A stretch of 64,000 bases of DNA from Monocercomonoides exilis PA203 (lineage: Eukaryota; Protista; Preaxostyla). Made by a program: the position numbers and the translations under genes. The DNA lies in the NCBI GenBank assembly GCA_001643675.2, contig LSRY02000053.1:62001-126000 (forward strand), read 5' to 3'. The notes beneath the pieces are model-generated. The model saw only the letters and a list, made by a program, of their open reading frames with translations. It searched no databases and had not been told where the DNA came from. The stretch's first letter is position 1. Every line of letters begins with the position of its first letter. Shown here one piece after another: positions 12,600-24,324 of the stretch.

Positions 12600-13730
12600 T
12601 ATCTTTATATTATACATCAAGTAAAAAGAATATTTGATATAAGCTTATGAAAAATAAGAAAGAAACCTTTTTCTTCAATCTTTTCAAGTATCTTCCAATT
12701 GAAATTAGATTTTGCGCTATCATATTTTTCGTTTCTCCACATGTTCTGTTCAGAAGTGGAATGAAAAACGTGAACACATTCGTAGCACATCGTGTTTTCC
12801 TCAACCTCAGCTGCTTCATACATCCCATCTGCACGAGCAGATAATCCAGCATCTTTTTCTTCATTCTTTTCATTTCGGACTCCCTCAGAATAATAAGTGA
12901 CAGAACACTTTTATCTTTTCTTCATAATGAATTTAATAATTTTTCCCAATTTTTTTATCATTTTTCTTCATGTCTATTCATATCATAAGCTCTTTCAATT
13001 CTTGTGTTGCATCTCTCACAAAATTCAGTTCATTCACAATAACTTCTTCAAAACTTTTATCTTTTTCAAATCTTTATATCATAAACTTCCATGCTGATTG
13101 AAAATCTAGACGGGTCAGGTTGCGTTTTTGATAATTTTGAATTAAGTCTTTGCACTCCATAAAATACAATTCCATTGATATTTTCACAAAAAAAAAAATA
13201 ATAATAAAAATCTGTAAATTAAACTATATGGGTAAAGTTTTCCACACCTCATATCTCCAAATACCAGTCAAAGCTAATAATGCCATCTCCACTTTTTCCT
13301 TTGCTTCTTTGTTTCCCTCTTTTTCTCAGGCAACTTTCAGAAGATAGGGCACATATTCTGAAAAAATTCCCATGATGCGAAATAGTTGACAAAAAGATAG
13401 CATTAGCAAACATCAACTGGAAGCTTTCCTTCTTTTTCCTCTTTTTCTTTATCTTCATCAATCATCATCCTATCAAATTTTTTGTTCAACAGAGATTATT
13501 TCAAATGATGACACCATATTTTTTTCAATACTATCCAATATCTGGTGCATCTCAACAGCAACATCGCTATTTCCAATCGCATTTTCTTTTTTTCAGACAT
13601 TTCATCTATTTTGTTGAATAACTCCTCTGAAAAAATAGAATAAAATCGCTTTCATCAATTTTTTCTGTAATTATGTTCATTTCAGCTAATTTCTATTTCC
13701 TTTCGCTTTTATGACGGAGTTCAAGTTCAA
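12600..13730 (-). pseudogene. Degraded helical-repeat-like host gene fragment carried inside the hAT element
   Basis: K/E/M-rich minus-strand ORF pieces (12610-12873, 13249-13461), broken by stops. Confidence 0.4.
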
Positions 13731-14699
13731 AAAACAATTCTGAAAAAAAACAAAGAAAAAAATCTAATAATAAAAAACATGAGTGTAACAATGGATGCAA
13801 ACGCTGTTTTTTCATTTGGCGCACAACCTCTGCTTTTTAATTAGAAGACTTCAGAATGAAAACAACACTATTACATCAAATTATTTGAATTTAACCATGT
13901 TTAGATTAAATGAATTGTTAAAATGAAATTCGAATTATTCATGGAAATATAAGTGGAAGCATTATTCATTTAAATAATATATTACAAACAATACATTTTT
14001 AAGAAAATTTTGTTTTATTATCCATTTATGAAATAATGGATTGAATGATCAAATATTAGTCAGTGATTTTAAAATTGAAAAAAATCGATAGAGAAAATTA
14101 ATGTTAATGTTTTAAATTTAATATTAATTTTTTTTTTTTTTTTTTTTTTTAGTGACCGACAGCAACAAAAATTTGCATGTCGTGTCGCACAGGTCTAGTT
14201 ATTTGTGTGTAATTTTGTTTTATGATTGTTATCGAATTGGGTGGTTTTTTTTGATATCATAAAAAATTCCGACGTTTGATCATAAATTTTTTTCATTAAG
14301 GGTTGTGATGATAAAGATAAATTATATTCGAAATTGAATAAAAATATAGTTTTAAAAAAATTTTTTTATTAATTATTTGTTGATTTTATATTGTTTCCAA
14401 TTGATTTTATTTCTAATTTTGAAAAAAATAACATTTTTTCAAAAAATATCAAAATTTCAATAAACAGTTCAATATACAAGTTCAATTTTTAATATAACAT
14501 TACCACAATGATTATCTTTATTTTATTAATTAATATCTTTTTTTTTGAAATTAAATTAATGATGTTATTGAAAAAGAATAGAATACGTGAAGTCGAAATC
14601 GACAAATAATAGAAAACATCAATCAATTTTTGACAATAAATAATTTTCATAGTTGATTCACCCACATTCGCTTCTCTTTCAACTGTTTAGTTATCTTTC

Positions 14700-15760
14700 T
14701 CTTCTGAATAATGTAAAATTCATGCATTTTGCTCAAATTCATCTTTCTCATTGAAAATAATCCTTTTTCTCGTCTGAAAATATCATCTCCAATTCTCTTC
14801 CCAATCCTTCACCCTGGGCACTTTTCGTATGAATTCGCTGGCTCAACTCGATGGTCAGCCTGCACAATGAGATATCCCGCCTTCATTCATTTTCATTCTT
14901 TTCCACTTACTGCCCTGAAAACAACACAAAAACATTCAACAGATAAATATTCATATAAATAAAAATAAAATAATACCAAACTGCTCTTCGACTGTTTTTT
15001 GCCAAACAGCCTCATTTCCACAGCCATCATCATTCAAAAAAAATCAATCTCTTCATTTCAGTCTCAGGATAGATCAATGCAGCATATAATGCATCTCCAC
15101 AAAATACATCATGTATCTCACTGGAGGGTCTTCTCAGCCCGTACGCATTGTAATGGATGTCCAGAGGTGTTTTTTTCTGTTTTTGTCATGATCACCTCCT
15201 TTAATAATATTCTCAACCACCAAAATCAATATTTGAAATTTATCTCACCAACACATGGCACATGAAGGATATTGGGCAGAGAAGAGATGGAAGAGGATTG
15301 TTTGTGGCAGGGGGTGGGAGTTGAGTATATTTTTGAATGTTAATCTTTCGAGAGGGGTTTTTATATAAAAGATAATCTGAGACAAAGGTGTGGGGAAGGA
15401 GCAGGTGGAGATTTGGAGAAGATAATATAGTAAATATGTAGAGAAGTGGCTGAGGATGGTGAGGAAGATATTTGAGATAAATTGGAGAAATGGAATTTGA
15501 AAAGAAAGAAAAGAGGGCAAAAGCGGGAAAGAAGAAGAAAAATGAGAAATGTTCATATGAAAAGGGGGTAACTTTTATGAGAGGAGAAGAATGTTTTATG
15601 GAAGAGAATGGGAAAGAGAAGAAAAGGATGGGTTTGATATTTTCTGATGATTTTGGGGGTTGAATGGAAGAGGGGAATGGAAAGGAAAAGAAATTGAGAG
15701 GCATCAACATTCTCTATTTTTGAGGGGAAAGGAGAGGAAATCGCAAAAAGAAAGTTAATT
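14700..15760 (+). repeat. Dispersed ~1.06-kb repeat; inverted copy at 41715-42773
   Basis: ORF 14729-14962(+) and ORF 42510-42743(-) translate identically; the remainder aligns with more divergence. Confidence 0.9.
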
Positions 15761-15899
15761 GGCTTTGAAGAAATCAAGCTTTATTGATTAATTACAGAAT
15801 ATCAGCCAAAATGTTTGCAATTTGGGTTTTTGTTTCGGTACGAAGTTAACTTGTTTTATACGGCATTGCATCAATCACCAACATCATACAAAAATATCA

Positions 15900-18800
15900 A
15901 CTTCTTCTCGAAATTTATTGGAATATAAATGGATTTCTCAATCATCTTGTCTTCTTCACTTTCTTCTTTTGTGCCTCATCTCACTTCGTGATGGATAAGG
16001 ACATTGATCTTCTGATTCATTTATTTCATTCAATTTTGTCGAGCAACTTTTCAAACCAAAAGTTATTTATTTCGGTTTCTATTCTCTCAACATCACTATC
16101 ATCGTTATCAATGCATTCTGTGGAATTGCTGAATAAACATCTGAACTGCTTTTCTCTTCCACAGCAGCGCATTCTGCTCTGCTTAAGGAGCTCGTTCTTC
16201 TTCAGTACCCAATCTATTCTGAATGAGGGAAGCGAAAATGAGAAAAGAAATGGAAGTGGGAAGGGGAAGGAATTGTCAGGAATATTATGTTCATCCGCTC
16301 GCTTTATAAAACCGCCAAGAAGCGAAGAGAGAGGAGCGCATGTTCTTATAGAAGAGGCAAAGAAGGTGGATTTCAGAAGCAAATTGAGGACAGAGCAGAG
16401 GATAGGAAGACAGCAGGAAGATCCAAAGACGAAGACGAAGAAGAATGACAAGTTTTGCGCATTGCAAATTTACGCTTTCGACGCAAGGCTTGCACGTGCA
16501 GCAACAGAAAGGAGGAGGAGAGACAGGGGAAGAGAAGAAGGAGGTGATGAGGAAGATGAACAGCAGCGGACATTTTCCTCATACAACAGCACGCTCTCAT
16601 CCACCAAGCTGCACCCCCAAAACATCACAGTTTCCTCAACATTTGCTACTCCTCCTTTTACTCCATTTCCACAAGCTCAGTTGTCTGCACCTTCTATTCT
16701 TGTTGGTACTCCGCCAAAGCCACTCACATCTTCATCTCCCCCCGCAGGCTCCTCTTCACTTGCTTAGAAGTCACTCGACATAACTAGCCCAAGCTCTGCC
16801 TCTTTATCGAACATGTCTTCTTCATTTTCTTCTTCTCCTTCCCTTCTCCTTCTATTTCTTCCTTCTCGCTGCCACCTCTTGTGACTGTACCGATCCCTCG
16901 TGCGATTCTCAGGAAGAGCAGATTGGGCAATGCAGGTGTATTTGCAGGAAGCAGCGTGTCAGCAATGATGGATGAGTTTGCGCCGCAGAGCATCCTTCTG
17001 AACTTTGTAGCATATGTGGCTGGCCAGGGGATTTTGATGGGTGGGGAGAAGAAGGAGAAGGAAGGGAAGGGAGAGAAGAAGGATGAGAAGAGGAGTGCAA
17101 ATGAGTTTGTGAGTGATAAAGATGAAAAGGGATCGTTGCGTCTGATAGATAAATGCATCGATAATGAGAAAAATGAAGAGGAAGAAGAGGAGGAAGAAGA
17201 GGAAGAAGAAGATGGATTTGACAAAGACATTAGAAAGGCTCAGAAAGAAAGGGGCTTAAAAGAAAAAATAGAATGGGATCAAAGGAAGAAAAAGCCCGTG
17301 TCGATAGAAACCACGCTTTTCTCAGCTTTTCAGCCAGAAATCAAAAATCCAAGAAGTATTCAGCAGCAACTAATCGAAACGCGATCACTTTCTCAACGTT
17401 TGCATCTACCAATAAATCATCTTCATTCACTTCTTCTTCATTTTCCATTTCATCACAACATTCTTCTTCTTCTTTTTTCTCCTCCTCCTCTCCCTCCCCA
17501 ACCCTGCCATTCATCAAGCACAGCTAAGGGCATTCGTTCAAAGTGAAGCGGCAGAATGTGATTGATCTATTTGCCAGTGTTGTTTGTAGCGCATTTCTGT
17601 CGATGGACGTTCCTCCTTCGCTGCGCTGTGCGTTTCCTGTTGTTCAGTTCATGGTCTGCGGCTTCGACAACATCCGCAAGCTGAGGGGACTAAGCGCCAT
17701 GACTTACGTTGTGAACCAGAATTGTATGGGAAATTTGAATTTTTCTATAAAATAAAATATTTTTTGTTAATTGTTGCATTTATTTTTATTTATCTGCACT
17801 TTTTTTTCAAATGTTTATCTTTTTTTAAATTTTTTTGTTCACTTTCATACGATGAATTGTAATGATGGTGGACCAATGGCTATGATTATGCAATTATCCT
17901 GATTAGAAAATAAAGGTCATTTGCTGAATGATGCTGTTGCAAAGCAATTGATCAGATTTATGGGGTTTGCCAGAAACAATTATTCAAGTTTTCATTAAAA
18001 ATTTTTTGTTACATTTTTTTTTTACAAACTCTGTTTCTTCCTTTTTAAACCCACTTTTTCGATCATTTGTTTCATTATAAAAAATACGTAAATATATTCA
18101 CATTCAGTTTCCGATGGTATCCTCTTGTCTCTTCTTCTCTTAGTGCGGCCAACAAGTTCATCACCAACGGTGCTGATTTCCAATCCGTGTTCCTGCGCCA
18201 CGACATTCTCCAGCCCGTCCACCGCCTGCTGCACTCGCAGCGCGCTGAATATAGCGACAAGGCCTCTTCCATCCTTCTCTCGCTAACCAGCAAGTCATTC
18301 AAGCTGTTTTCCAACTCACTCGACAAAGCGCTGTTTAACGAGCTGGTTGAGCTGATGTACTCATCACAGGCGATTGTGCGGAACAACTCGTCTGAAAACA
18401 TCGAGGCGCTTGTAGAAGGAAGAGGGCTGGATGAAGGAGATGGAGAAGGAAAACGAGATGGAGGACATGGTGGAAGGCCACGGAAGGGATATGAGTGAAG
18501 GGTGATGTATGGGGATGCGAAGGAGAAGAGAAACAAGAAGGATAAAGAAGCTAACAACGAATTAACAGTCACGAAGGAAGAGCTGCTGCGTCGTTTACTG
18601 AGCTGGGGTGTTGTGTCGAATCTTGTTGGAATACTGGCTTCACCAACGGCGACTGACATAGCGAAAATAATAACTGCTGGTGTTTTGCTTAATCTGTATG
18701 CACTTGTTGGGAAAAAGAGGAACAGGAGAAGATACGGAGGAGGAGGATGATGATGAGGATGAAGAAAAGGAGAGTGTAACGAAAGAGATGAAAAAGAAGA

Positions 18801-19750
18801 AGAAGAAGAATGGTGCTCATGTCCGACTTCTCCTCGCACATAAGGTCATTCTCCCACTTTGTCTCGACTGTATTCTTTCCTGTACTCACCTTTGCTGCAG
18901 ATTCCATTGATTTCCTCAGTACTAATTCTATGCCACACAGATCCCACCATTACATACCCCACCCGCTGCCTGAAGAACGCACTCAGCTTCTCCACCTCAG
19001 CAGAAGGCAGCGCAAAACAGCCACAGCGGAACATAGTCCGATGAGAAGAGAAGAACTTCCATATCTGAGTCACTGAGCACGCTCCTCAACAACAAGAATG
19101 ATTTTCTTCTTTCAGAATCGTATTTGAAAGAGGGTTATATCAATCCCTCAACCATTTGCTCCTTCTCCTTCATTCCCTTCCTCTTCTACTTCTCCCAAGT
19201 CTCAACTTATTCCACAATCTTAACTCTCGCTGATATACAGCGCTCACAGAACAACAAATTAAAAAGAACTTCGATACGACTCAGGAGGTACAATGAAGCG
19301 CTGCCAAACAACTCTGAGAGCGAGAATGGGAGAGAGCTGTGGGATCAGAAGGGAAAAGATAAAGTTTTCAGAACGTATCAAACTCCACAAGGAAGGAAAG
19401 AACTGGGCATGTCATTGTTTGATTGCTGCTGATGCCGAGAGCCAAAGGAATAGAAAGAGAAGATAGAAGGTTTGGAAGAAGAGATGGAAACAATTTTGTG
19501 CATCAAAATGAGTCACTTGTGAAGCAAATGATAAAGAAGCCTTCGTGTGAGATGAGAGCGATGATGGAAAGAGAGTGAAATGAGGGGGAAGCAAAAACGA
19601 AAGAAAAGGATGATCAAGAGAAAGAGGAAGAAGATGACGAAAAGGGGAAAGAAATAGAGTGAACAAAAAACAAATGATGGCTCAGGCGAATTCAATGTTG
19701 ATTTCTTCACAAAGCAACAAGAGCAGGAACTTAGGATAAGCACGAAGTTA
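15900..19750 (+). pseudogene. Mosaic of decayed host-gene fragments (helical/armadillo-like and acidic) inside the GGG...CCC element
   Basis: Interrupted ORFs 15988-16767, 16881-17546, 17543-17755, 18067-18498, 18502-18750, with an AT-rich intron-like gap at ~17725-18108. Confidence 0.45.
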
Positions 19751-20598
19751 ACGAAGGGAGAATTTAAAAATGTCGAGAGGAAATGAAAGGAAACGATGTG
19801 GTGTATTGAGAAGTGAGCTTTAACTGAATTTGCATCAAGAATAAAAAGAGAAGTTTCGAGATTGAGTCAATTATTTTAATAAGCTGCAGTTTTCTGAATA
19901 ACACAATCTTCGTTTGCTGAATCTGTTGAGCAGATCAGCAGATACGGAAATTTTTTGATGAGGTTTCACCTAGACTTATGGAAAGCACATCACTTTTTCA
20001 ACGGAAAAATAAAAATTCACAAATTTGTTGCATTTTTTTAAGTCCTTTAAATATTTTTTTCCATTTTATTAGCTTTGTTTAGCAAGTTAAGAATCTTTTT
20101 TTTATTTTTTGACGAGTTTTGTTGGTTAACTTAATTAATTTTTGGTTAATTTTTATTTAGCTTGATCAAAAAATTCTTTTTCATAAAAAATATCAAATAA
20201 GTATGTTTTTTTGTTCTTATAAATAAAACAAATATATATAACAGAAATTAAAGCATAATACTTTCAAAAAACTTATTAAAACGTTTGATCAATGAATACC
20301 ACAATAGATTTTATTTCTTCGTTTTTTGATCTTTTTTTATGATATCAAAAAAAATCACCCAATTTACAATGAATTTATTTTTATGTTTTTCTCATCACTG
20401 AATATTTATCAACCGTTGTAGTTACTCAACAATGAAGATATTGATATCAAAACAGTTATATATTAAATAGAACAATAATTATAAACATGTTCATTCAAAA
20501 ACAAAACATTTTCAAGTGTTTAATTTTTCAAAGATATTTTTCAAATTTGAAATGAAAATTCAATAAGAAATAAAAAACAATTTTTCGCCTTTCTTCAT

Positions 20599-21286
20599 AC
20601 AATAAAAAAATTCGAAATCAATTTCTGATGACATGTTTGCATTAATAAAACAATAATATTCACAAATTAAATGAAACAAAAATAAAAAATTTTTAAAAAT
20701 TTTTGAAATTTTTGATCATAAAAAAATACAAATTATTATTAATGGCGCCATTAAGAATACCATGATCTGTTTAGCTCAGTGTGAATAAATAACGATAATA
20801 AACATGTCTGATGCTTTTTTTTGAAAATCTGTTAGTGGAAAAAGTTGGTAATAATTTGTTTTTTAACATATTTTTTATTTGGGATGAAGTGTTGTGTGAA
20901 ATGAATTGTTTCCCATGCACTGTCTTCGAAGATTTTTCTCATTATTCTACAGTTATTCTATATATTTAATATGTGAGAACGTTTGACATATAACGACAAA
21001 GCTGCATAAAAGGTTTGGAACAAATCGTTGTTATTTTTCATTAATATAAGAATCTTGACCTATTTGTTAAGAAACTGATTATTTTGTTTGGAACATAGAC
21101 AATTTTTGTTGAAACAAACAGAAAGACTATTCAATGTGTGTTTGATAATTGTTGTTCATTTTTGACAAAGTTTGTTTTTATTAATAATTCACAAAATACT
21201 CAAAAATCAATTATTGCATTGCTGTTTATGTGTGATATGAAATTATTATCAAATTATCAATATTTCACTTCATTAGGAAGTGTATC
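20599..21286 (-). repeat. Right arm of ~688-bp inverted repeat (partner 4779-5465)
   Basis: Reverse complement of the left arm. Palindrome TTAATGGCGCCATTAA at 20739-20754. Confidence 0.95.
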
Positions 21287-24200
21287 GGAAATATGAAATG
21301 TCACAGAACAAAAACATTGTGTGAAAGATTGAAAAGTCAAGAAAAGAACTATATAAAGTACTGGATAAGTTCCGCAGACAGAGCAAGAAAGAAAAAGAGG
21401 AGGAGGGAGAAGAGGAAGATACAGGAGATTGTGAAAGCGTTCTGAAGAAAAGAGGAAGAGTTAGACGACTGCGACTGGTGGGGCATAAGCTAAGGGAATT
21501 TCTGGCTGGATGAAGAGGACAATGCAGACGATGAGAATATTCTGAAGCTGATGAGCTATGAGAATGTGGTGAATGTTGGGGGAATTCTATCAGATGACGA
21601 ATCAACTGATAGTTTGGAGAGCGATGTGAGTGAAAAGGAAGGAGCATATGATGATGATGCGAATGACACTGAAACAAAACAAAGTGCTTCGATAAAAAAG
21701 AAAGAAAACGAAAACAACGAAGTTCAAGAAAATGTTGAAATGCTTCAAAAGAAAGTTAATCAAACAGAATCAGATAAGAATGCAAACGCAAAAGAGTCTG
21801 TTCAAAACAACAAAAAAGGCGAAACGAATAATAATGAGCCAAAGCCAGAGACTCTTTCATCGCAAGCTCAGCAAAAACAGCATCAACAGAACACAACAAC
21901 AATTCCATCTCCAACCCATTCATCTTCTCCACAGCCTAAACAATATTCTTCAGCAAGAGATGCCTTTGGAACGATACGCTTTACGCGAGTGAAGTAAATG
22001 GACGGTGGATGGAGAGGAGTCGGAGGGAGAGCGTTGATTGCGTACAGCCAAGAGATGGAGATGGGGAGAGGGGCTGTTGGTGCACCTACGACTCCGCTGT
22101 CACCTGCTGTTGGAGGAGGAGGAATTGGAGGAGGAGGAGGGGTGGCATTGGGTGTGATGGGGATGAAAGATTTGAACAAAGAAGTGACAAGGGCGATGCC
22201 AGATGAGTTTCAGAATGAGAAAGGGAAAGCGGACGATGAAGAGGCGAAAATCACGTTTTATTCATTGGAATCTGATGATCAGAGAGAAAAACTGCTTCGG
22301 CTGATGAAACTGCAGGAAATTCAAAAGAAGAAGAAGGAGAAAGAAGAGAAAGAGCGCAGGAAAATGGAGAAAATGGTGAAGAAGATAGAGGAAATAGACA
22401 AGAATCTGTAAAGCAGCATACAGGAAATATCACAATCACACCTTAGGACAGGCACACAGATCAAACAGAAAGAGAACAACGTGGCAAGCGAGGAGCAACA
22501 AGAGGCGAAAGAAAGCCAAACGCCATTTTTGACAAGAGAGCGGAAATTGGACAGCATGCTGAATGTTAAAGCGAATTCTGATTTTGATGATTCGAGCAAT
22601 GAACTGGATGTGCCCTTCCGTTATGTGCGTATCAAAAGCGAGGAAAACGGGCAATTTGTGTGGAAGTTACAGGAAGTGCCTGTTTATGCAGCAGTCGACG
22701 CGAGGCAGATAAGAACGCGGTTGGATCTGATGAGTGCACTAATGAGCGGGCTGTGGCAAAGCTGGGCGGAGCTGAGAAGAGGAAGGGGGATGAAGTGGAG
22801 GGGCTGGTGGCCGTACAAAGAGGAAGCAGAAGCGACACACAGAAAGGGAAGGAAAGGAGCAGTGAAAGGATCACCTCTGCTGTTTCAGAAGGAGAAAGGG
22901 ATAAGAACATTCAGTCAGAGCAGCGTGCCTGGAAGAAGAGATGCTTTGCCGAAGCTGTTTTCTTTTCTTTCGTTCTCAAAGTTAGCATCTTTCTTCACTT
23001 CGCAGAATTCAATGGCGATGGATCTGATGCAGAAATACCCTGCCCTCAATTTGGTTGCGCCTTTTGATTCTGCTGCTGATTTTGCTGCTAATACAAATCT
23101 TTCTCTTCATCCTCTTTCTCATTGTTCTTCATCACTTGTCAATTCGTCCTTGTTTATGAACACCCAGCAGCAATCTTCTCCTTCCCTCAGAACATCTTTA
23201 TCTCCTTCCCTCTTATCTCAAGCTGTGCATCCTTCTTCTGCTAATCCTGCTGCTTCTGGTTCACTTTCTCCGCTATCCCTGCCTTCCGTAACTTCTTCAT
23301 CTTCACTTTCACCATCGTTATCTTCTGCTCCTTCTCTTTCATTCCACTCTCCCTCAAGTTTTGTCTCTTCGCTTCATCCATCTTCATTTCTCACAACTGA
23401 AGAAAGAACTCAGTTTCTTCTGTTGGCCCTGAAGACTTTGGATGCTCATCTCAAAAAGGATCACAAAATAGACTCAGAATCACCTGCTATTCAACCTCAG
23501 TCCATTCCTATTCGAACGAAGGAAAATGAAAATTCCGCAACTCAGCAAACTTCTTCTTTTTCGTCTTCTTCGTCATCTTCTTCATCTCCTGTTTTTGCCT
23601 CTGCTTCTTCTGCTGCAACTCCTCCTGCTATTATTCCACTTGCCCTGGAAGGAGGGAAAAGTCCTTCAACTCCAAACAAATTGCACCTTTCTTCGTCTGC
23701 ACAAATCGCCTTTGATCCTTTGGATGCAGTCAACCAGGTGAAAGAACAAGCACAAAAGACAGAAACAAACAGAAAAGAGGTTTCACCAAAAGAGCAAACA
23801 GGAAATCTTCCTATTGAAAATGTGAATTAAACTGCTGTTGTTCAAAAGAGGCCATTGATTTCAGATGCGTTGCTTCCGCGCTCCAGTTCAAGGCATTCGT
23901 TTCCTGTGTATCCTGTTCCCTCTCAACAGCATGCAGTCGCAAAGAAAAAGAAAGCTGCTTCAATGCTGTCACCGAAACCGCAGCGCCTGCGAAGAGAAAT
24001 GTGGCTGGGTGAACTGATAAAAGAGTGGCTTGTGTATGAAGATGCAGACCAGGATGCATGGAATGAGATGAGAGAGGCTGCTGCAAAGGAGAACGAGGAA
24101 GGGTTTGAGTATGAAAGTTACAGTGATGATGAAGAGGGGGAAGAAGAGAAGGAGAAAGAAAGTGATGAATTAACAGAGAGGACTAAAGAAGATAGACAAG

Positions 24201-24293
24201 ACTATGAAACGAAAAAAGAAGAAGATGATCAATTGGTAGAAATGCAATCTTCGCCTTCTCACTTTCCTGATGATAATATTCAAAGACGTCATC

Positions 24294-24324
<31 letters not shown>

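Larger units (their letters stand above)
10337..14197. mobile_element. Non-autonomous hAT-like DNA transposon (3861 bp) with host-gene cargo
   Basis: 15-bp perfect TIR TAGACCTGTGCGACA / TGTCGCACAGGTCTA. 8-bp TSD GTTATTTG at 10329-10336 and 14198-14205. No transposase ORF recognised inside. Confidence 0.9.
14239..20360. mobile_element. Non-autonomous TIR element with GGG...CCC termini and 4-bp AATT TSD (Sola-like), 6122 bp, with cargo
   Basis: Left AATT|GGGTGGTTTTTTTTGATATCATAAAAAA; right TTTTTTATGATATCAAAAAAAATCACCC|AATT. Confidence 0.85.

Noticed and set aside
4779-21286. Polinton/Maverick or endogenous virus suggested by long inverted repeats ~16.5 kb apart
   Set aside because: No pPolB, retroviral-like integrase, ATPase or capsid motifs. 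The length is explained by two TSD-bounded nested insertions.
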